From: Candidatus Sericytochromatia bacterium
GTDB taxonomy: Bacteria; Cyanobacteriota; Sericytochromatia; S15B-MN24; UBA4093
Direction of reading: 5' to 3'
NCBI GenBank assembly: GCA_036676985.1
Contig: JAKFBU010000019.1
Span: 1-64,000, forward strand
DNA: 64,000 nt
The translations under genes were made by a program, and so were the position numbers. The notes beneath the pieces are model-generated. The model was not told where the DNA came from. It was given only the letters and a program-made list of their open reading frames with translations, and did no database searches. Positions 46,916-57,557 of the stretch are shown here, in pieces. Position 1 is the stretch's first letter. Each line of letters starts with the position of its first letter.

Positions 46916-47761
46916 TTGCAGGAGGGCCAAGCCATTAGCGACTCACCGACCATCACGGTGTACACCGTCTCCGACGGCTCCGGCGAGACCGCCGAGCACG
47001 TCGCCCGCGCGGCCGCCCTCCAGTTCAAGGGGCAGAACCTCAAGCTCAACCGTCTGCCCCGGGTCCGCAACGCCGAGCACCTCGCGGAGCTCGTGAGCGA
47101 GGCCGCCAAGGGCCCCTGCATCATCGCCTACACGATGGTCGAGGCCACCCTGCGCGACGCGCTCGTCTCCGAGGCCGCCAAGCGCGGCATCCCCACGGTG
47201 GACCTCCTGGGCAGCCTCATCGCCACCCTCTCCAACGCCCTGCAGGTCGAGCCGCGCTTCGAGGCGGGCCTCCTGCAGCTGCGCGACGAGAAGTACTTCA
47301 ACCGCATGGACGCCATCGACTTCGCCATCAAGTACGACGACGGCAAGGATCCCAAGGGCCTGTCCCAGGCGGATCTCGTCTTGATCGGCGTCTCGCGCAC
47401 GTCCAAGACCCCCACTTGCATGTACCTGGCGCAGAACCGGGGCCTCAAGGTCTCGAACGTGCCCCTGGTCATCAACGTCGCTCCCCCCAAGGAGCTCTTC
47501 GACCTTCCCCCGGGCCGCATCATCGGGCTGAACCTCAACGCCGAGGTCCTGCACGACATCCGCACGGCCCGCCTCCAGAGCTTGGGCCTCTCTTCCAACG
47601 CCTCGTACGCCAGCACCGAGCGCATCGAGCAGGAGATCGAGTACGCCCACCAGATCTTCCGCCGCCTGCGCTGTCCGGTGGTGGACGTGACCAACAAGGC
47701 CATCGAGGAGACAGCCAGCGAAATCCTCGAGATCACCCAGCGCAAGGAAACCTACGTCTAA
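46916..47761 (+). CDS. pyruvate phosphate dikinase regulatory kinase/pyrophosphorylase (DUF299)
   Basis: VSDGSGETAE, YFNRMDAIDFAIKYDDG, GVSRTSKTP; adjacent to ppdK. Confidence 0.93.
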   Translation: MQEGQAISDSPTITVYTVSDGSGETAEHVARAAALQFKGQNLKLNRLPRVRNAEHLAELVSEAAKGPCIIAYTMVEATLRDALVSEAAKRGIPTVDLLGSLIATLSNALQVEPRFEAGLLQLRDEKYFNRMDAIDFAIKYDDGKDPKGLSQADLVLIGVSRTSKTPTCMYLAQNRGLKVSNVPLVINVAPPKELFDLPPGRIIGLNLNAEVLHDIRTARLQSLGLSSNASYASTERIEQEIEYAHQIFRRLRCPVVDVTNKAIEETASEILEITQRKETYV

Positions 47762-47873
47762 AGGCCGTAGTATGCCCCGAAGACGGCAGGCGCCCTCCGC
47801 GCGACACTGTCAACGACGACTGACCCGGCGCTAGGATGCGCTCAAACGCTTTTTCTGAAGGAGATTGCGGTCA

Positions 47874-50558
47874 ATGACGACGAATACCCCGGCCGCCGCG
47901 ACGGCCACCAAACCCGTCTACCTGTTCGACGAAGGCGACGCCTCCATGAAGGACCTCCTCGGAGGCAAGGGCGCCAACCTCGCCGAGATGACCCGGGCCG
48001 GCCTGCCGGTGCCGCCGGGCTTCACCATCACCACCGAGATCTGCAACGCGTACATCGCCCTCGACAACCAGTTCCCCGCGGGCCTGGAAGCCGCCGTCAT
48101 GGACAAGCTGCGGGTCGTCGAAGCGCGCCTCGGCAAGACCTTCGGCGACGCCGAAAACCCCCTCTTGCTGTCCGTGCGCTCCGGCGCCAAGTTCTCCATG
48201 CCCGGCATGATGGACACCATCCTCAACCTGGGCCTCAACGACGTGACGGTCCAGGGCGTCATCAAGCAGACGGGCAACGAGCGCTTCGCCTACGACGCCT
48301 ACCGCCGGTTCGTGGCGATGTTCTCCAACGTCGTCCTCAACTTCAAGCTGCACCACTTCGAGGCCGTCCTCGAGCAGTTCAAGCACAAGAAGGGCGTCAC
48401 GCTCGACACCGAGCTCGACACGGCCACCCTCAAGGAGGTCGTCGCGGCCTACAAGGCGATGGTCAAGAAGGAGCTCGGCCTCGAGTTCCCCGAGGACCCC
48501 TTCGTCCAGCTCAAGCTCGCCATCGAGGCGGTCTTCAAGTCGTGGAACAACCCCCGCGCCATCACCTACCGCAACCACAACAAGATCGCCCACGACCTGG
48601 GCACGGCGGTCAACGTCCAGTCGATGGTCTTCGGCAACATGGGCGACGACTCGGGCACGGGCGTGGCCTTCACGCGCAACCCGTCCACCGGTGAGAAGCT
48701 CCTCTACGGCGAGTACCTCCTCAACGCCCAGGGGGAGGACGTGGTGGCGGGCATCCGCACCCCGAACCCCATCCAGACCCTGGCCGAGCAGATGCCCGAG
48801 GTCTACGCGCAGTTCGTCGCGATCGCCCAGCGCCTCGAGAACCACTACCGCGACATGCAGGACCTGGAGTTCACCATCGAGCGCGGCAAGCTCTTCATGC
48901 TCCAGACCCGCAACGGCAAGCGCACGAGCCCCGCGGCCGTCAAGATCGCCGTCGACCTCGCCACCGAGGGCGTCATCACCAAGGAAGAGGCCCTGACCCG
49001 CGTCGAGGCCCACAAGCTCAACGAGCTCTTGCACCGCCGGATCGACCCCAAGGCTACGCTCGACGTGATCGCCAAGGGCCTGCCCGCGAGCCCCGGGGCC
49101 GCCACCGGCACCATCGTCTTCGACGCCGACGACGCCGATCGCCTCGGCAAGGAGGGCAAGTCGGTCCTCCTGGTCCGCGTGGAGACCTGCCCGGACGACA
49201 TCCACGGCATGATCCAGGCCCAGGGCGTCCTCACCTCGCGCGGCGGCATGACGAGCCACGCGGCGGTCGTCGCCCGCGGCATGGGCAAGCCCTGCGTCGC
49301 CGGCTGCGAGAGCCTCAAGATCGACCTGGAGGCCAAGTACTTCGAGGTCGGCGGCCGCAAGTTCGTCGAGGGCGATCTGGTCTCGATCAACGGCTCGACC
49401 GGTGAAGTGATCGCCGGCCAGGTGCCCATGATCGAGCCCGAGCTGACCGGAGAGTTCGACCAGCTGATGACGTGGGCCGACGAGGTCCGCACGCTGCGCG
49501 TCCGCACCAACGCCGACACCCCCGAGGACTCCCTCAAGGCCCGCGAGTTCGGCGCCGAGGGCATCGGCCTCACGCGCACCGAGCACATGTTCATGCAGCC
49601 CGATCGCCTGCCGAAGATGCAGCGGATGATCATGGCCGAGACCGAGGCCGAGCGCCGCGCCGCCCTCAAGGAGCTCCTGCCCTTCCAGCGCGAGGACTTC
49701 CTCGGCATCTTCAAGGCCATGGCCGGCCTGCCCGTGACCATCCGCCTGCTCGATCCCCCTCTGCACGAGTTCCTGCCCAACCAGCTGGAGCTCGCGGCCG
49801 AGGTGGCCGTGCTCAAGGCGACCAACCCCTCTTCTCCCGAGCTCACCAAGAAGGAGGCCCTCCTCAAGAAGGTCAACAGCCTGCACGAGTCGAACCCGAT
49901 GATGGGCCTGCGGGGCTGCCGCCTCGGCCTGACCTATCCCGAGATCAACGAGATGCAGGTCCAGGCCATCATGGAGGCCGCCTGCGAGCTCAAGAAGCAG
50001 GGCGTCGAGGTCTACCCCGAGATCATGATCCCGCTCGTCGGCCACGTGAACGAGCTCTCGACCGCCAAGGCCCAGCTCGAGCAGGTCGCCAAGGAGACCA
50101 TGGAGCGCGCGGGCGTCACCGTGAGCTACATGTTCGGCACCATGATCGAGATCCCCCGGGCGGCGCTCACCGCCGACCAGATCGCCGAGCACGCCCAGTT
50201 CTTCTCGTTCGGGACCAACGACCTGACGCAGATGACCTTCGGCTACTCGCGCGACGACGCGGAGGGCAAGTTCCTCAGCACCTACCTCGACCGGAAGATC
50301 CTCAAGGACAACCCGTTCGAGACGCTGGACCAGGAAGGTGTCGGCGAGCTGATGCGGATCGCCGTCGCCAAGGGCCGCAAGGTCCGCAGCGACCTCAAGC
50401 TCGGCATCTGCGGCGAGCACGGCGGCGACCCCGCCTCGGTGGAGTTCGCCCACCGGCTCGGCCTCACCTACGTGAGCTGCTCGCCCTACCGGGTGCCCAT
50501 CGCCCGCCTGGCGGCCGCCCAGGCCGTCATCGCCTCGGGCGTCGAGCGCGACAAGTAA
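47874..50558 (+). CDS. ppdK: pyruvate, phosphate dikinase
   Basis: LGGKGANLAEM, SVRSGAKFSMPGMMDT, GGMTSHAAVVAR, FSFGTNDLTQ, ICGEHGG. Confidence 0.98.
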   Translation: MTTNTPAAATATKPVYLFDEGDASMKDLLGGKGANLAEMTRAGLPVPPGFTITTEICNAYIALDNQFPAGLEAAVMDKLRVVEARLGKTFGDAENPLLLSVRSGAKFSMPGMMDTILNLGLNDVTVQGVIKQTGNERFAYDAYRRFVAMFSNVVLNFKLHHFEAVLEQFKHKKGVTLDTELDTATLKEVVAAYKAMVKKELGLEFPEDPFVQLKLAIEAVFKSWNNPRAITYRNHNKIAHDLGTAVNVQSMVFGNMGDDSGTGVAFTRNPSTGEKLLYGEYLLNAQGEDVVAGIRTPNPIQTLAEQMPEVYAQFVAIAQRLENHYRDMQDLEFTIERGKLFMLQTRNGKRTSPAAVKIAVDLATEGVITKEEALTRVEAHKLNELLHRRIDPKATLDVIAKGLPASPGAATGTIVFDADDADRLGKEGKSVLLVRVETCPDDIHGMIQAQGVLTSRGGMTSHAAVVARGMGKPCVAGCESLKIDLEAKYFEVGGRKFVEGDLVSINGSTGEVIAGQVPMIEPELTGEFDQLMTWADEVRTLRVRTNADTPEDSLKAREFGAEGIGLTRTEHMFMQPDRLPKMQRMIMAETEAERRAALKELLPFQREDFLGIFKAMAGLPVTIRLLDPPLHEFLPNQLELAAEVAVLKATNPSSPELTKKEALLKKVNSLHESNPMMGLRGCRLGLTYPEINEMQVQAIMEAACELKKQGVEVYPEIMIPLVGHVNELSTAKAQLEQVAKETMERAGVTVSYMFGTMIEIPRAALTADQIAEHAQFFSFGTNDLTQMTFGYSRDDAEGKFLSTYLDRKILKDNPFETLDQEGVGELMRIAVAKGRKVRSDLKLGICGEHGGDPASVEFAHRLGLTYVSCSPYRVPIARLAAAQAVIASGVERDK

Positions 50559-50567
50559 GGACCAACG

Positions 50568-50601
50568 AACAGGCCCCCCGGGAATCCCGGGGGGCCTGTT
50601 C
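50568..50601. terminator. bidirectional terminator
   Basis: aacaggccccccggga-a-tcccggggggcctgtt. Confidence 0.8.
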
Positions 50602-50613
50602 AATAGGGGCGGG

Positions 50614-51585
50614 TTACTGTCCGCTCCGCTCCTGCGCGGCGGCCTTGGCCTTGGCGTCGTCCGACGCGAACTTGGCCTTGGCGAACTGGGGATCCAGCTT
50701 CAGCGCCTCCTGGAAGGACTCGTAGGCCGCGCCGTACTTCTGCTCCTTCATGAAGTCGATGCCGTGCTGGTAGGCCTGCTCGGCCCCCTTGCGCTTGGCC
50801 TCGCCGAGGAGCTTCTTGGCGTCGGCGCTCGTGGGCTGGGCGGCGAGCGCCTCGGTGAGGGCCTCGATGGCGCCCTCGTAGTTGCCCTCCTCGAACAGGT
50901 CCTTGCCGAGCTTGAAGGTCAGCTCGTAGCTCTTGAGCTCCGAGCGGTTGGTGTTGAACATGGCCTGCTGCTGGGCCTGCTGCTGCGCGCGCTCGCCCTT
51001 GTCGATCTCGGCGAGCTTCACCGGAGGCAGCGGGTTGTTGAGGTTCAGGCGCCAGCACTCCTTGAAGGCCGCGCGCGCCTTGGCCCACTCGCCCTGGGAC
51101 ATGTAGACCGTACCCCACATGGCCTGGACCACGTCCTCCAGCTCCGCGGGCACCGTCCCCTCGGGGATGGTCTGCAGCTCCGCGAGGGCCATCATCGGGG
51201 TGCCGGCCTCGAGCAGGGCCACGATGAGGAGCAGACGGGCCGAGACGTCCGTGGGATCGTCCTTGACCATGTCGCGGTAGGTGGGCACCTGGTCGGCGCC
51301 CTGCAGGCTCTGGAGCACCCGGCGGCGCTTCTCGGAGAGGCGGCGATAGTTGGTCAGCGCCTCGTCGACCTTCGAGACCTGATACCAGTTCTCGTAGCAC
51401 TTGGACAGGTAGTAGTAGGGACGTGGATCGTTCGGAAACTTCTTGACGTAGTCCTCGAGCACGTCCCGGCCGCGGCCGTAGTCCTGACGCTCGACGGCGG
51501 CGATGCCGTCCTTGAGCTGGCCGGCGAAGGCCGCCTGGGCCAGCAACAGGCTAGCCGCCAGACCCAATGCAACGCTTCGAAGCAT
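50614..51585 (-). CDS. exported tetratricopeptide-repeat protein
   Basis: signal peptide (AFA-G); several TPR-like helical repeats. Confidence 0.85.
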   Translation of the reverse strand: MLRSVALGLAASLLLAQAAFAGQLKDGIAAVERQDYGRGRDVLEDYVKKFPNDPRPYYYLSKCYENWYQVSKVDEALTNYRRLSEKRRRVLQSLQGADQVPTYRDMVKDDPTDVSARLLLIVALLEAGTPMMALAELQTIPEGTVPAELEDVVQAMWGTVYMSQGEWAKARAAFKECWRLNLNNPLPPVKLAEIDKGERAQQQAQQQAMFNTNRSELKSYELTFKLGKDLFEEGNYEGAIEALTEALAAQPTSADAKKLLGEAKRKGAEQAYQHGIDFMKEQKYGAAYESFQEALKLDPQFAKAKFASDDAKAKAAAQERSGQ

Positions 51586-51633
51586 TCTCACGATCCGCAC
51601 TCCTTTGGTCGAGGGCAAGGGCTCGCCTCTATC

Positions 51634-51659
51634 CTACCCGCCTGCTAAGACGGACAAAC
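51634..51659 (-). promoter_or_regulatory. SigB/SigF-type promoter of the TPR gene
   Basis: GTTTGT-N14-GGGTAG. Confidence 0.55.
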
Positions 51660-51717
51660 CCGTTCGCAGGTTCCCCGGGCGGGGAGCTTGCGAACGGGTC
51701 GAAGGAGGTGACGGGCG

Positions 51718-53019
51718 TCAGGCCTCTTCCTTGATCCCCTCGGACTCGGGCGGCCCTTCGGCCTCGGTCTCGACGGCGTACTCGATGAGCACCTGCTGGA
51801 CGCGGATCCCCTTGACGGCCTTGACCGTGATGCGGGCGCCGGGCACCTCGACCACGTCGCCGACCCTGGCCACCCGGCCCAGCTTGTTGATGACCAGGCC
51901 GCCCACCGTCTGGTAGCCGTCCATGGGCAGCTCGATGCCGAGCGTCTCATTGATGTCCTCGATGTTGGCCATGGAATCGACCATGGCCACACCGGGCGAC
52001 ACCGGGCGGATGGGGGCGAGCTCCTCGTCGGACTCGTCGCGGATCTCGCCGACGATCTGCTCGAGGATGTCCTCGATGGTGACGAGCCCTGCGGTGCCGC
52101 CGTACTCGTCGTTGACGATGGCCACCTGGATCTCCTGGGCCTGCATCTCGCGCAGGAGCTCGTTGAGGCGCTTGTTCTCGGGCACGAAGTAGACCGGATG
52201 CAGGCGCTCGGCGAGGTTGAAGGGCTTGCCGCGCGCCGCCGCCATGAGCGCGTCGCGCCCCGAGACGATGCCCACGATGTCGTCGATGCTCTCCCGGTAG
52301 ACGGGCATGCGCGAGTAGCCCTCCTCGGCGATGACGTCCAGGAGCTCGTCCAGCGTCGAGTCCTCGCTGACGGCCACGATGTCCACGCGCGGCGTGAGCA
52401 CCGCGCTCACGGGCGTGTCGTCGAAGGCCAGGGCGGACGACACCAGTTCGGACTCGTCCTCCTCGATGACGCCCTGCTCCTGACCCATCTCGAGGATCAT
52501 GCGCAGCTCGTCCTCGGTGTAGCGCGGCGAAGCCAGGGCCTCTTGGGCGCCCAACAGGCGGATGAGAGGCGTCGTCATCCAGAGGATGGCCCCGATGACG
52601 GGGCGAAGGAGGACCATGGTCGCCCGCAGGGGGGCGGCCACGAGGGCGGCCACCTGCTCCGGGCGGGCGGCAGCGATGGACTTGGGGACGATCTCGCCCA
52701 GGATGACGAGCAGGAGGGTCAGGCTCGCGATGGCGGTCACGGCCGCCACCCCCCCGAACCGGTCCAGGTTCTGGTAGACGATGCTCGTGCCGCAGACGCC
52801 CACCGTGACCATGGCGAGCGTGTTGCCCAGCAGGATCGTCGAGAAGAGCCGGCGCGGCTTCTGGATCAGAGCGTGGATCAGGCGCGCGGCGGGCTCGCCG
52901 GTTTCAAGCTGCGCATGAAGCTTGGCGCGGTTGAGGGACATCAGGGCCGTCTCGGCCGCCGAGAACAGGGCGGAGAAGACCAGGGCCAAAACGAGGATGA
53001 ACCCCTCGGTACTAGGCAA
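51718..53019 (-). CDS. CNNM/DUF21-CBS-CorC (HlyC/CorC family) membrane protein
   Basis: FSAAETALMSL, GEIVPK, YSRMPVY, DEYGGTAGLVTIEDILEQIVGEI; start codon uncertain (TTG or ATT). Confidence 0.92.
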   Translation of the reverse strand: MPSTEGFILVLALVFSALFSAAETALMSLNRAKLHAQLETGEPAARLIHALIQKPRRLFSTILLGNTLAMVTVGVCGTSIVYQNLDRFGGVAAVTAIASLTLLLVILGEIVPKSIAAARPEQVAALVAAPLRATMVLLRPVIGAILWMTTPLIRLLGAQEALASPRYTEDELRMILEMGQEQGVIEEDESELVSSALAFDDTPVSAVLTPRVDIVAVSEDSTLDELLDVIAEEGYSRMPVYRESIDDIVGIVSGRDALMAAARGKPFNLAERLHPVYFVPENKRLNELLREMQAQEIQVAIVNDEYGGTAGLVTIEDILEQIVGEIRDESDEELAPIRPVSPGVAMVDSMANIEDINETLGIELPMDGYQTVGGLVINKLGRVARVGDVVEVPGARITVKAVKGIRVQQVLIEYAVETEAEGPPESEGIKEEA

Positions 53020-53209
53020 GATAATAGAGAATCCCCTCCTTTGACCGGGGCAAGTTGCGGTCCGATCGATGGCACGTATTATAGCACGCTCCTCAAGGCA
53101 CCCCTGGCGGCTTGCAACGCGGGTTAAGGTCACGGCAAAATAGAGGAAAGTTCTGGCCCTAACAGTCCGATAACCATGACGTCGTCGTCGCCGTGTGAGG
53201 TGGGATCCA

Positions 53210-54718
53210 ATGAAGCGTCGCCCCTTCGCCCTTAGCCTGCTGCTGGCAAGCCTCCTGACCGCCTGCAGCCTGCCCGGTCAAGCCTCCAAGTCCGCCGAGA
53301 ATCCCGCCGTCACGGCCGAGGGCCGGCGCGCGAGCCTCAAGTCCTGGCAGGACGATGTGATCTACTTCGCCTTGCTCGATCGCTTCCAGGACGGCGATCG
53401 CTCCAACAACCACAACGTCAACCGCAGCAACCCGACGGCCTACCATGGCGGCGACCTCCAGGGCCTCATCGACAAGCTCGACTACCTCCAGGATCTCGGC
53501 GTCACGACCCTCTGGATCTCCCCGATCCTCGACAACGACGACAATCGGCTGGGCGACACCGACCTGTGGGGCTACCACGGCTACTGGACCAAGGACTTCG
53601 GCAAGGTCGACGAGCACCTGGGCACCTACGAGAAGGCCCGCGAGCTGGTCACCAAGGCCCATGCCAAAGGCATGAAGGTGCTCCTGGACGTGGTCTGCAA
53701 CCATGCGGGCTACGAGTTCCCGTCCAAGGACGGGCGTTACCAGGGCTGGTTCCACACCAACGGCAACATTCCGAACGGCAAGTGGGACGATCCGTGGTGG
53801 AGCGAGAACGGCTCCCTGTTCGGCCTGCCCGACTTCGCGCAGGAGAAGCCCGAGGTGGCGAACTTCCTGACGAGCACCTACCTGAGCTGGGCCGATCGGC
53901 TCGACCTGGACGGCTTCCGGATCGACGCCCTCAAGCACGTTCCGCAGAGCTACTGGAAGGACCTCATCGCGACGGCCCATGCCAAGAAGGGCCCGGGCTT
54001 CCTGACCCTCGGCGAGATCCTGCACGGCGACCCGAACGTGGTGTCGAGCTATCAGCGCAACGCGAAGTTCGACAGCCTCTTCGACTTCCCGCTCTATTAC
54101 ACCTTCGACGAGGTCTTCGCCAAGGGCGGCTCCATGCGCAAGCTGGGCGATCGCTTCGCCCAGGACCACCTCTACCCGGACGCGAGCATGCTCTCGCCCT
54201 TCCTGGACAACCACGACGTGCCGCGCTTCCTTTCGCAGGCGGGCGGCGACCTCTCCAAGCTCCGGCTCGCCCTGGCGTGCATGCTGACGGTGCGCGGCAT
54301 CCCCATGCTCTACTACGGCACCGAGGTGGGCATGTCGGGCGCGCATGAGCCTGCCAACCGGGGCGACATGGCCTGGGGCGCCAACGAGTCCCTGCGGGCC
54401 TACACCCAGAAGCTGCTTTCGATCCGCAAGGCCACGCCCGCCCTGCAGCACGGCAAGCAGCTGGAGATGTGGCAGGACGAGGACGTCTACGCCTACGCCC
54501 GCCAGGCCTCGAGTGAGGAGGCCGTGGTGGTGCTCAACAACGACACCCGCGCCCAGAGCCGCACCATCCCCATGCGGGCCGAGAGCCAGCTCAAGGACGG
54601 CACGCGGCTGGTGGATCAGCTGACGGGCGAGGCCGTGACGGTCTCGGGCCGCAAGATCCAGGTCTCGATGAGCGGGAAGCAGGCGCGGATCTTCGTGCCG
54701 CAGGGTAGCCGGCGGTAA
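53210..54718 (+). CDS. GH13 alpha-amylase family lipoprotein
   Basis: lipobox LLTAC; YHGYW, DVVCNH, GFRIDALKH, GE, FLDNHD. Confidence 0.95.
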   Translation: MKRRPFALSLLLASLLTACSLPGQASKSAENPAVTAEGRRASLKSWQDDVIYFALLDRFQDGDRSNNHNVNRSNPTAYHGGDLQGLIDKLDYLQDLGVTTLWISPILDNDDNRLGDTDLWGYHGYWTKDFGKVDEHLGTYEKARELVTKAHAKGMKVLLDVVCNHAGYEFPSKDGRYQGWFHTNGNIPNGKWDDPWWSENGSLFGLPDFAQEKPEVANFLTSTYLSWADRLDLDGFRIDALKHVPQSYWKDLIATAHAKKGPGFLTLGEILHGDPNVVSSYQRNAKFDSLFDFPLYYTFDEVFAKGGSMRKLGDRFAQDHLYPDASMLSPFLDNHDVPRFLSQAGGDLSKLRLALACMLTVRGIPMLYYGTEVGMSGAHEPANRGDMAWGANESLRAYTQKLLSIRKATPALQHGKQLEMWQDEDVYAYARQASSEEAVVVLNNDTRAQSRTIPMRAESQLKDGTRLVDQLTGEAVTVSGRKIQVSMSGKQARIFVPQGSRR

Positions 54719-54730
54719 GGAACAAGGAGA

Positions 54731-54867
54731 ACCCCCCCTAGCCCCCCCTCTAGAGGGGGGGAAGCTCTTGGGAGGGGTCGCTTCACCCATGAACCAGTGG
54801 AGCCATCTCGCTCTCACCCACCCATGATCCTCACACCCCCCTCTAGAGGGGGGCTGGGGGGGTCCTC
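54731..54867. repeat. inverted pair of REP-like palindromes (CCCCCCTAGCCCCCCCTCTAGAGGGGGG)
   Basis: copy at 54731-54761 and inverted copy at ~54836-54863. Confidence 0.75.
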
Positions 54868-54927
54868 CTTAGAAAAAACCCCACAAAAAATCCCCCGGTT
54901 TCCCGGGGGAAGCGAAAAGCCTCGAGC

Positions 54928-55797
54928 CTAGTAGGTAAGCGCCGCCTCGGCGGCATTGAACTGCTGGCCTCCGCCCGCCGTCACGTCGCGCATGGCCGTC
55001 CTGGTGCCCAGGTCCAGCAGCTTGCGGGCCTCGGGCCAGAGCTTCTTGCTGCCCAGCAACACCACCGTGACCGGGTTGGTCGACTGGGTCTGCCCGACGT
55101 AGCAGTGTCGTGCCGCCAGGGTGTAGCCCGTCTTGCCGAGCACCGGGTAGGCGTACTGCGTGAGCAACCGGTTCTTGTTGTGGAGCTTGACGGTCGGATG
55201 CTGCCCCGGAGCCTCGAGCGTGATGTCGGTCGTGGTCGCAATCCGCGTGAAGACCGGGTTCTGCAGGGCCGCGTTGAGGATGATGGCCAGGTCCTTGGCC
55301 GTCGTGTAGTGGTTCTTGATGGGCAGGCCGTTGGAGTTGGCGAAGCGCGAGTCCCGCGCGCCCAACAACCTAGCCTTGCGGTTCATCAGGACGGCGAACT
55401 TGCTCTCCGAGCCCGCGATGTGCTCGGCCAGGGCCACGCAGGCGTCGTTGGCGCTCTTGAGCAGGGCCGCGTAGCACAGCTCGCGGACGGTGTAGGTCTC
55501 GCCTGGCTTGATGCCGATCTTGGAGGGCTCCGCGTTGGCGGCCCGCCGCGACACCTTCACCTCCTCGTCGAGGTTGGCATGCTCCAGGGCCACGAGCACC
55601 GTGAGCACCTTGGTGGTGCTCGCCGGAGGCAGCTTGGCGTTGGGGTTGCGCTGGTAAAGGACGTGCCCCTGCGCGTCGATCACCAGGGCCGAGCGAGCGG
55701 AGAGCTCCGTGCTCGCGTGCGCAGGCGACAACCAAGCGGTCAGGGCGATAGCACTGGCAAGCAAGACTACTCCGAAGCCTACTCCATGTCGCGCCAT
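54928..55797 (-). CDS. D-alanyl-D-alanine carboxypeptidase (peptidase S11)
   Basis: PASTTK (SxxK), SAN (SxN), KTG motifs; signal peptide. Confidence 0.93.
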   Translation of the reverse strand: MARHGVGFGVVLLASAIALTAWLSPAHASTELSARSALVIDAQGHVLYQRNPNAKLPPASTTKVLTVLVALEHANLDEEVKVSRRAANAEPSKIGIKPGETYTVRELCYAALLKSANDACVALAEHIAGSESKFAVLMNRKARLLGARDSRFANSNGLPIKNHYTTAKDLAIILNAALQNPVFTRIATTTDITLEAPGQHPTVKLHNKNRLLTQYAYPVLGKTGYTLAARHCYVGQTQSTNPVTVVLLGSKKLWPEARKLLDLGTRTAMRDVTAGGGQQFNAAEAALTY

Positions 55798-56035
55798 CGA
55801 AGCCTCCTGTCGTACGAACTCACGGTGTACTATACCCAGCGGGCAAGCCGTTTGATAGGACATTTTGCACAATAAAAAACGCAACAATCGTGTAATATTG
55901 CCGCTTTGCGCCCGGTCACGCTTGACAAACAGGAGGGCACCCCGTAGGGTGAGCACGGCTTCGCCCTCCCGCCCCACCCCGGATCTCCATGGCCCCGCCC
56001 CCGCCACGCGGGAGGCGACTCGCGAAAGGATCCCC

Positions 56036-56911
56036 ATGGCCCAGCCGATCGCCATGCCGGAGGCCTCCCGCCCCGCTTCCGACCCCACCCAGCGCCGCGG
56101 ACGCCTCGGTCTCTCCGTTTTGGCCGCGGGCGGCGTGATCGCGACCTTCGTGCTGGCGGCCCTCCTGGCCCCGCGCCTCTGGCCCGTGGACCCCCTGGCG
56201 CTCCTGCCGGACGGCCTCACCGAGTTCGGCATGCCCCTCGCGCCCACCTGGAGCCACCCCATGGGCACCGACGAGCTCGGGCGCGACGTCTTCGCCCGCT
56301 GGCTGCACGGCGCCCGCATCTCCCTGTGGGTCGGCTTTCTGGCCACGGCCCTCGCGGGCCTCATCGGGGGTGCGGTGGGCATCCTCTCCGGCTACTTCCG
56401 CGGCTGGGTGGACCTCGCCCTCATGCGCGTGACCGAGATCGTCATGGCCTTTCCCACCCTGTTGCTCGCGATCGCCCTCGCCGCCGTCCTGCCCCCGTCC
56501 CCCTGGATGGTGGTCCTGACGCTCGGCCTGGTGGGCTGGACCGCGGTGGCGCGCGTGGTGCGCGGGGCCGCCCTCGCCCTTTCCGAGCAGGAGTTCATCG
56601 CGGCCTCCCAGTCCACGGGCGCCGGCGCCCTCTGGATCCTCACGCGGCACGTGCTGCCCAACGTCGCCCCCACCCTCATGTCCCTGTTGGTGCTCAAGCT
56701 CGCGGACATGTTCCTCCTGGAGGCGGCCCTCAGCTTCCTCGGCCTGGGCGTCCGTCCTCCCACGCCCAGCTGGGGCAACATGATTCACGAAGGCCAGCTC
56801 TACTTCCGCGACGCTCCCTGGCTCATGCTGACGCCGGGGATCGCGATCGCCCTGGTCGTGCTCGCCGCCAACGTGCTCGGCGATCGCTGGACCCAGCGCC
56901 AGAGACGGTAG
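56036..56911 (+). CDS. peptide/nickel ABC transporter permease (DppC/OppC-like)
   Basis: HPMGTDELGRD, HVLPN, LSFLGLG..PSWG. Confidence 0.92.
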   Translation: MAQPIAMPEASRPASDPTQRRGRLGLSVLAAGGVIATFVLAALLAPRLWPVDPLALLPDGLTEFGMPLAPTWSHPMGTDELGRDVFARWLHGARISLWVGFLATALAGLIGGAVGILSGYFRGWVDLALMRVTEIVMAFPTLLLAIALAAVLPPSPWMVVLTLGLVGWTAVARVVRGAALALSEQEFIAASQSTGAGALWILTRHVLPNVAPTLMSLLVLKLADMFLLEAALSFLGLGVRPPTPSWGNMIHEGQLYFRDAPWLMLTPGIAIALVVLAANVLGDRWTQRQRR

Positions 56912-56954
56912 CCAGATCGGTTTCACCCGTCACGCACCGCGGTAGGGAGGGACC

Positions 56955-57503
56955 ATGAACCTCGCACTCGAAGCCTACACCGAACGCACCGTCAGCCTGC
57001 CGGCGCCGCCCGACGACGTGGCCCGCTACTTTGCGCAGAACGAGAGCCTCCTGGCCGAACTCATCGGCCCGGAGCACGTCACGGCCCTGGGCGGTGGCCG
57101 CTACCGGGTCGCGACCCGCGGCTTCTCGGCCCTGGGGCTCACGGTGACGCCCGCCTTCGAGGTGGAGTTCGTGGATCACCCCGGCGTCACGCACATGGCC
57201 TCGAAGGAATGCCACCTGCTCGAGTCGAGCGCCATGGACCTGGACCTCGAGGCCCGCTTCGAGGGCGAGGCCCAGTTCCACCCCGCGCCGGACGGCACCT
57301 CCCTGTTCTGCTGGACCCACGCCCATGCCCGCGTGACGGTGCCGGGCTTCCTGCGCTGGATGCCCAAGGCCGCGGTCCAAGGCGCCCTCCAGGCCCTCAT
57401 GAAAGGGGCCATGGACGCCACCAGCAGCCGCTTCGTCCCCTTGATCCAGAAGGACTTCGAGCGCTGGCGCGCCGCGCAACCCAAGAGCGGCCTTGCCTTG
57501 TGA
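56955..57503 (+). CDS. DUF1997 family (START/SRPBCC-like) protein
   Basis: helix-grip pattern; C-terminal IQKDFERW typical of DUF1997. Confidence 0.65.
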   Translation: MNLALEAYTERTVSLPAPPDDVARYFAQNESLLAELIGPEHVTALGGGRYRVATRGFSALGLTVTPAFEVEFVDHPGVTHMASKECHLLESSAMDLDLEARFEGEAQFHPAPDGTSLFCWTHAHARVTVPGFLRWMPKAAVQGALQALMKGAMDATSSRFVPLIQKDFERWRAAQPKSGLAL

Positions 57504-57557
57504 GCGATAAGGCGAGATGCTAGCATCAGAGGGCCTGCTCCCCTTTGAAAGCCCGCG

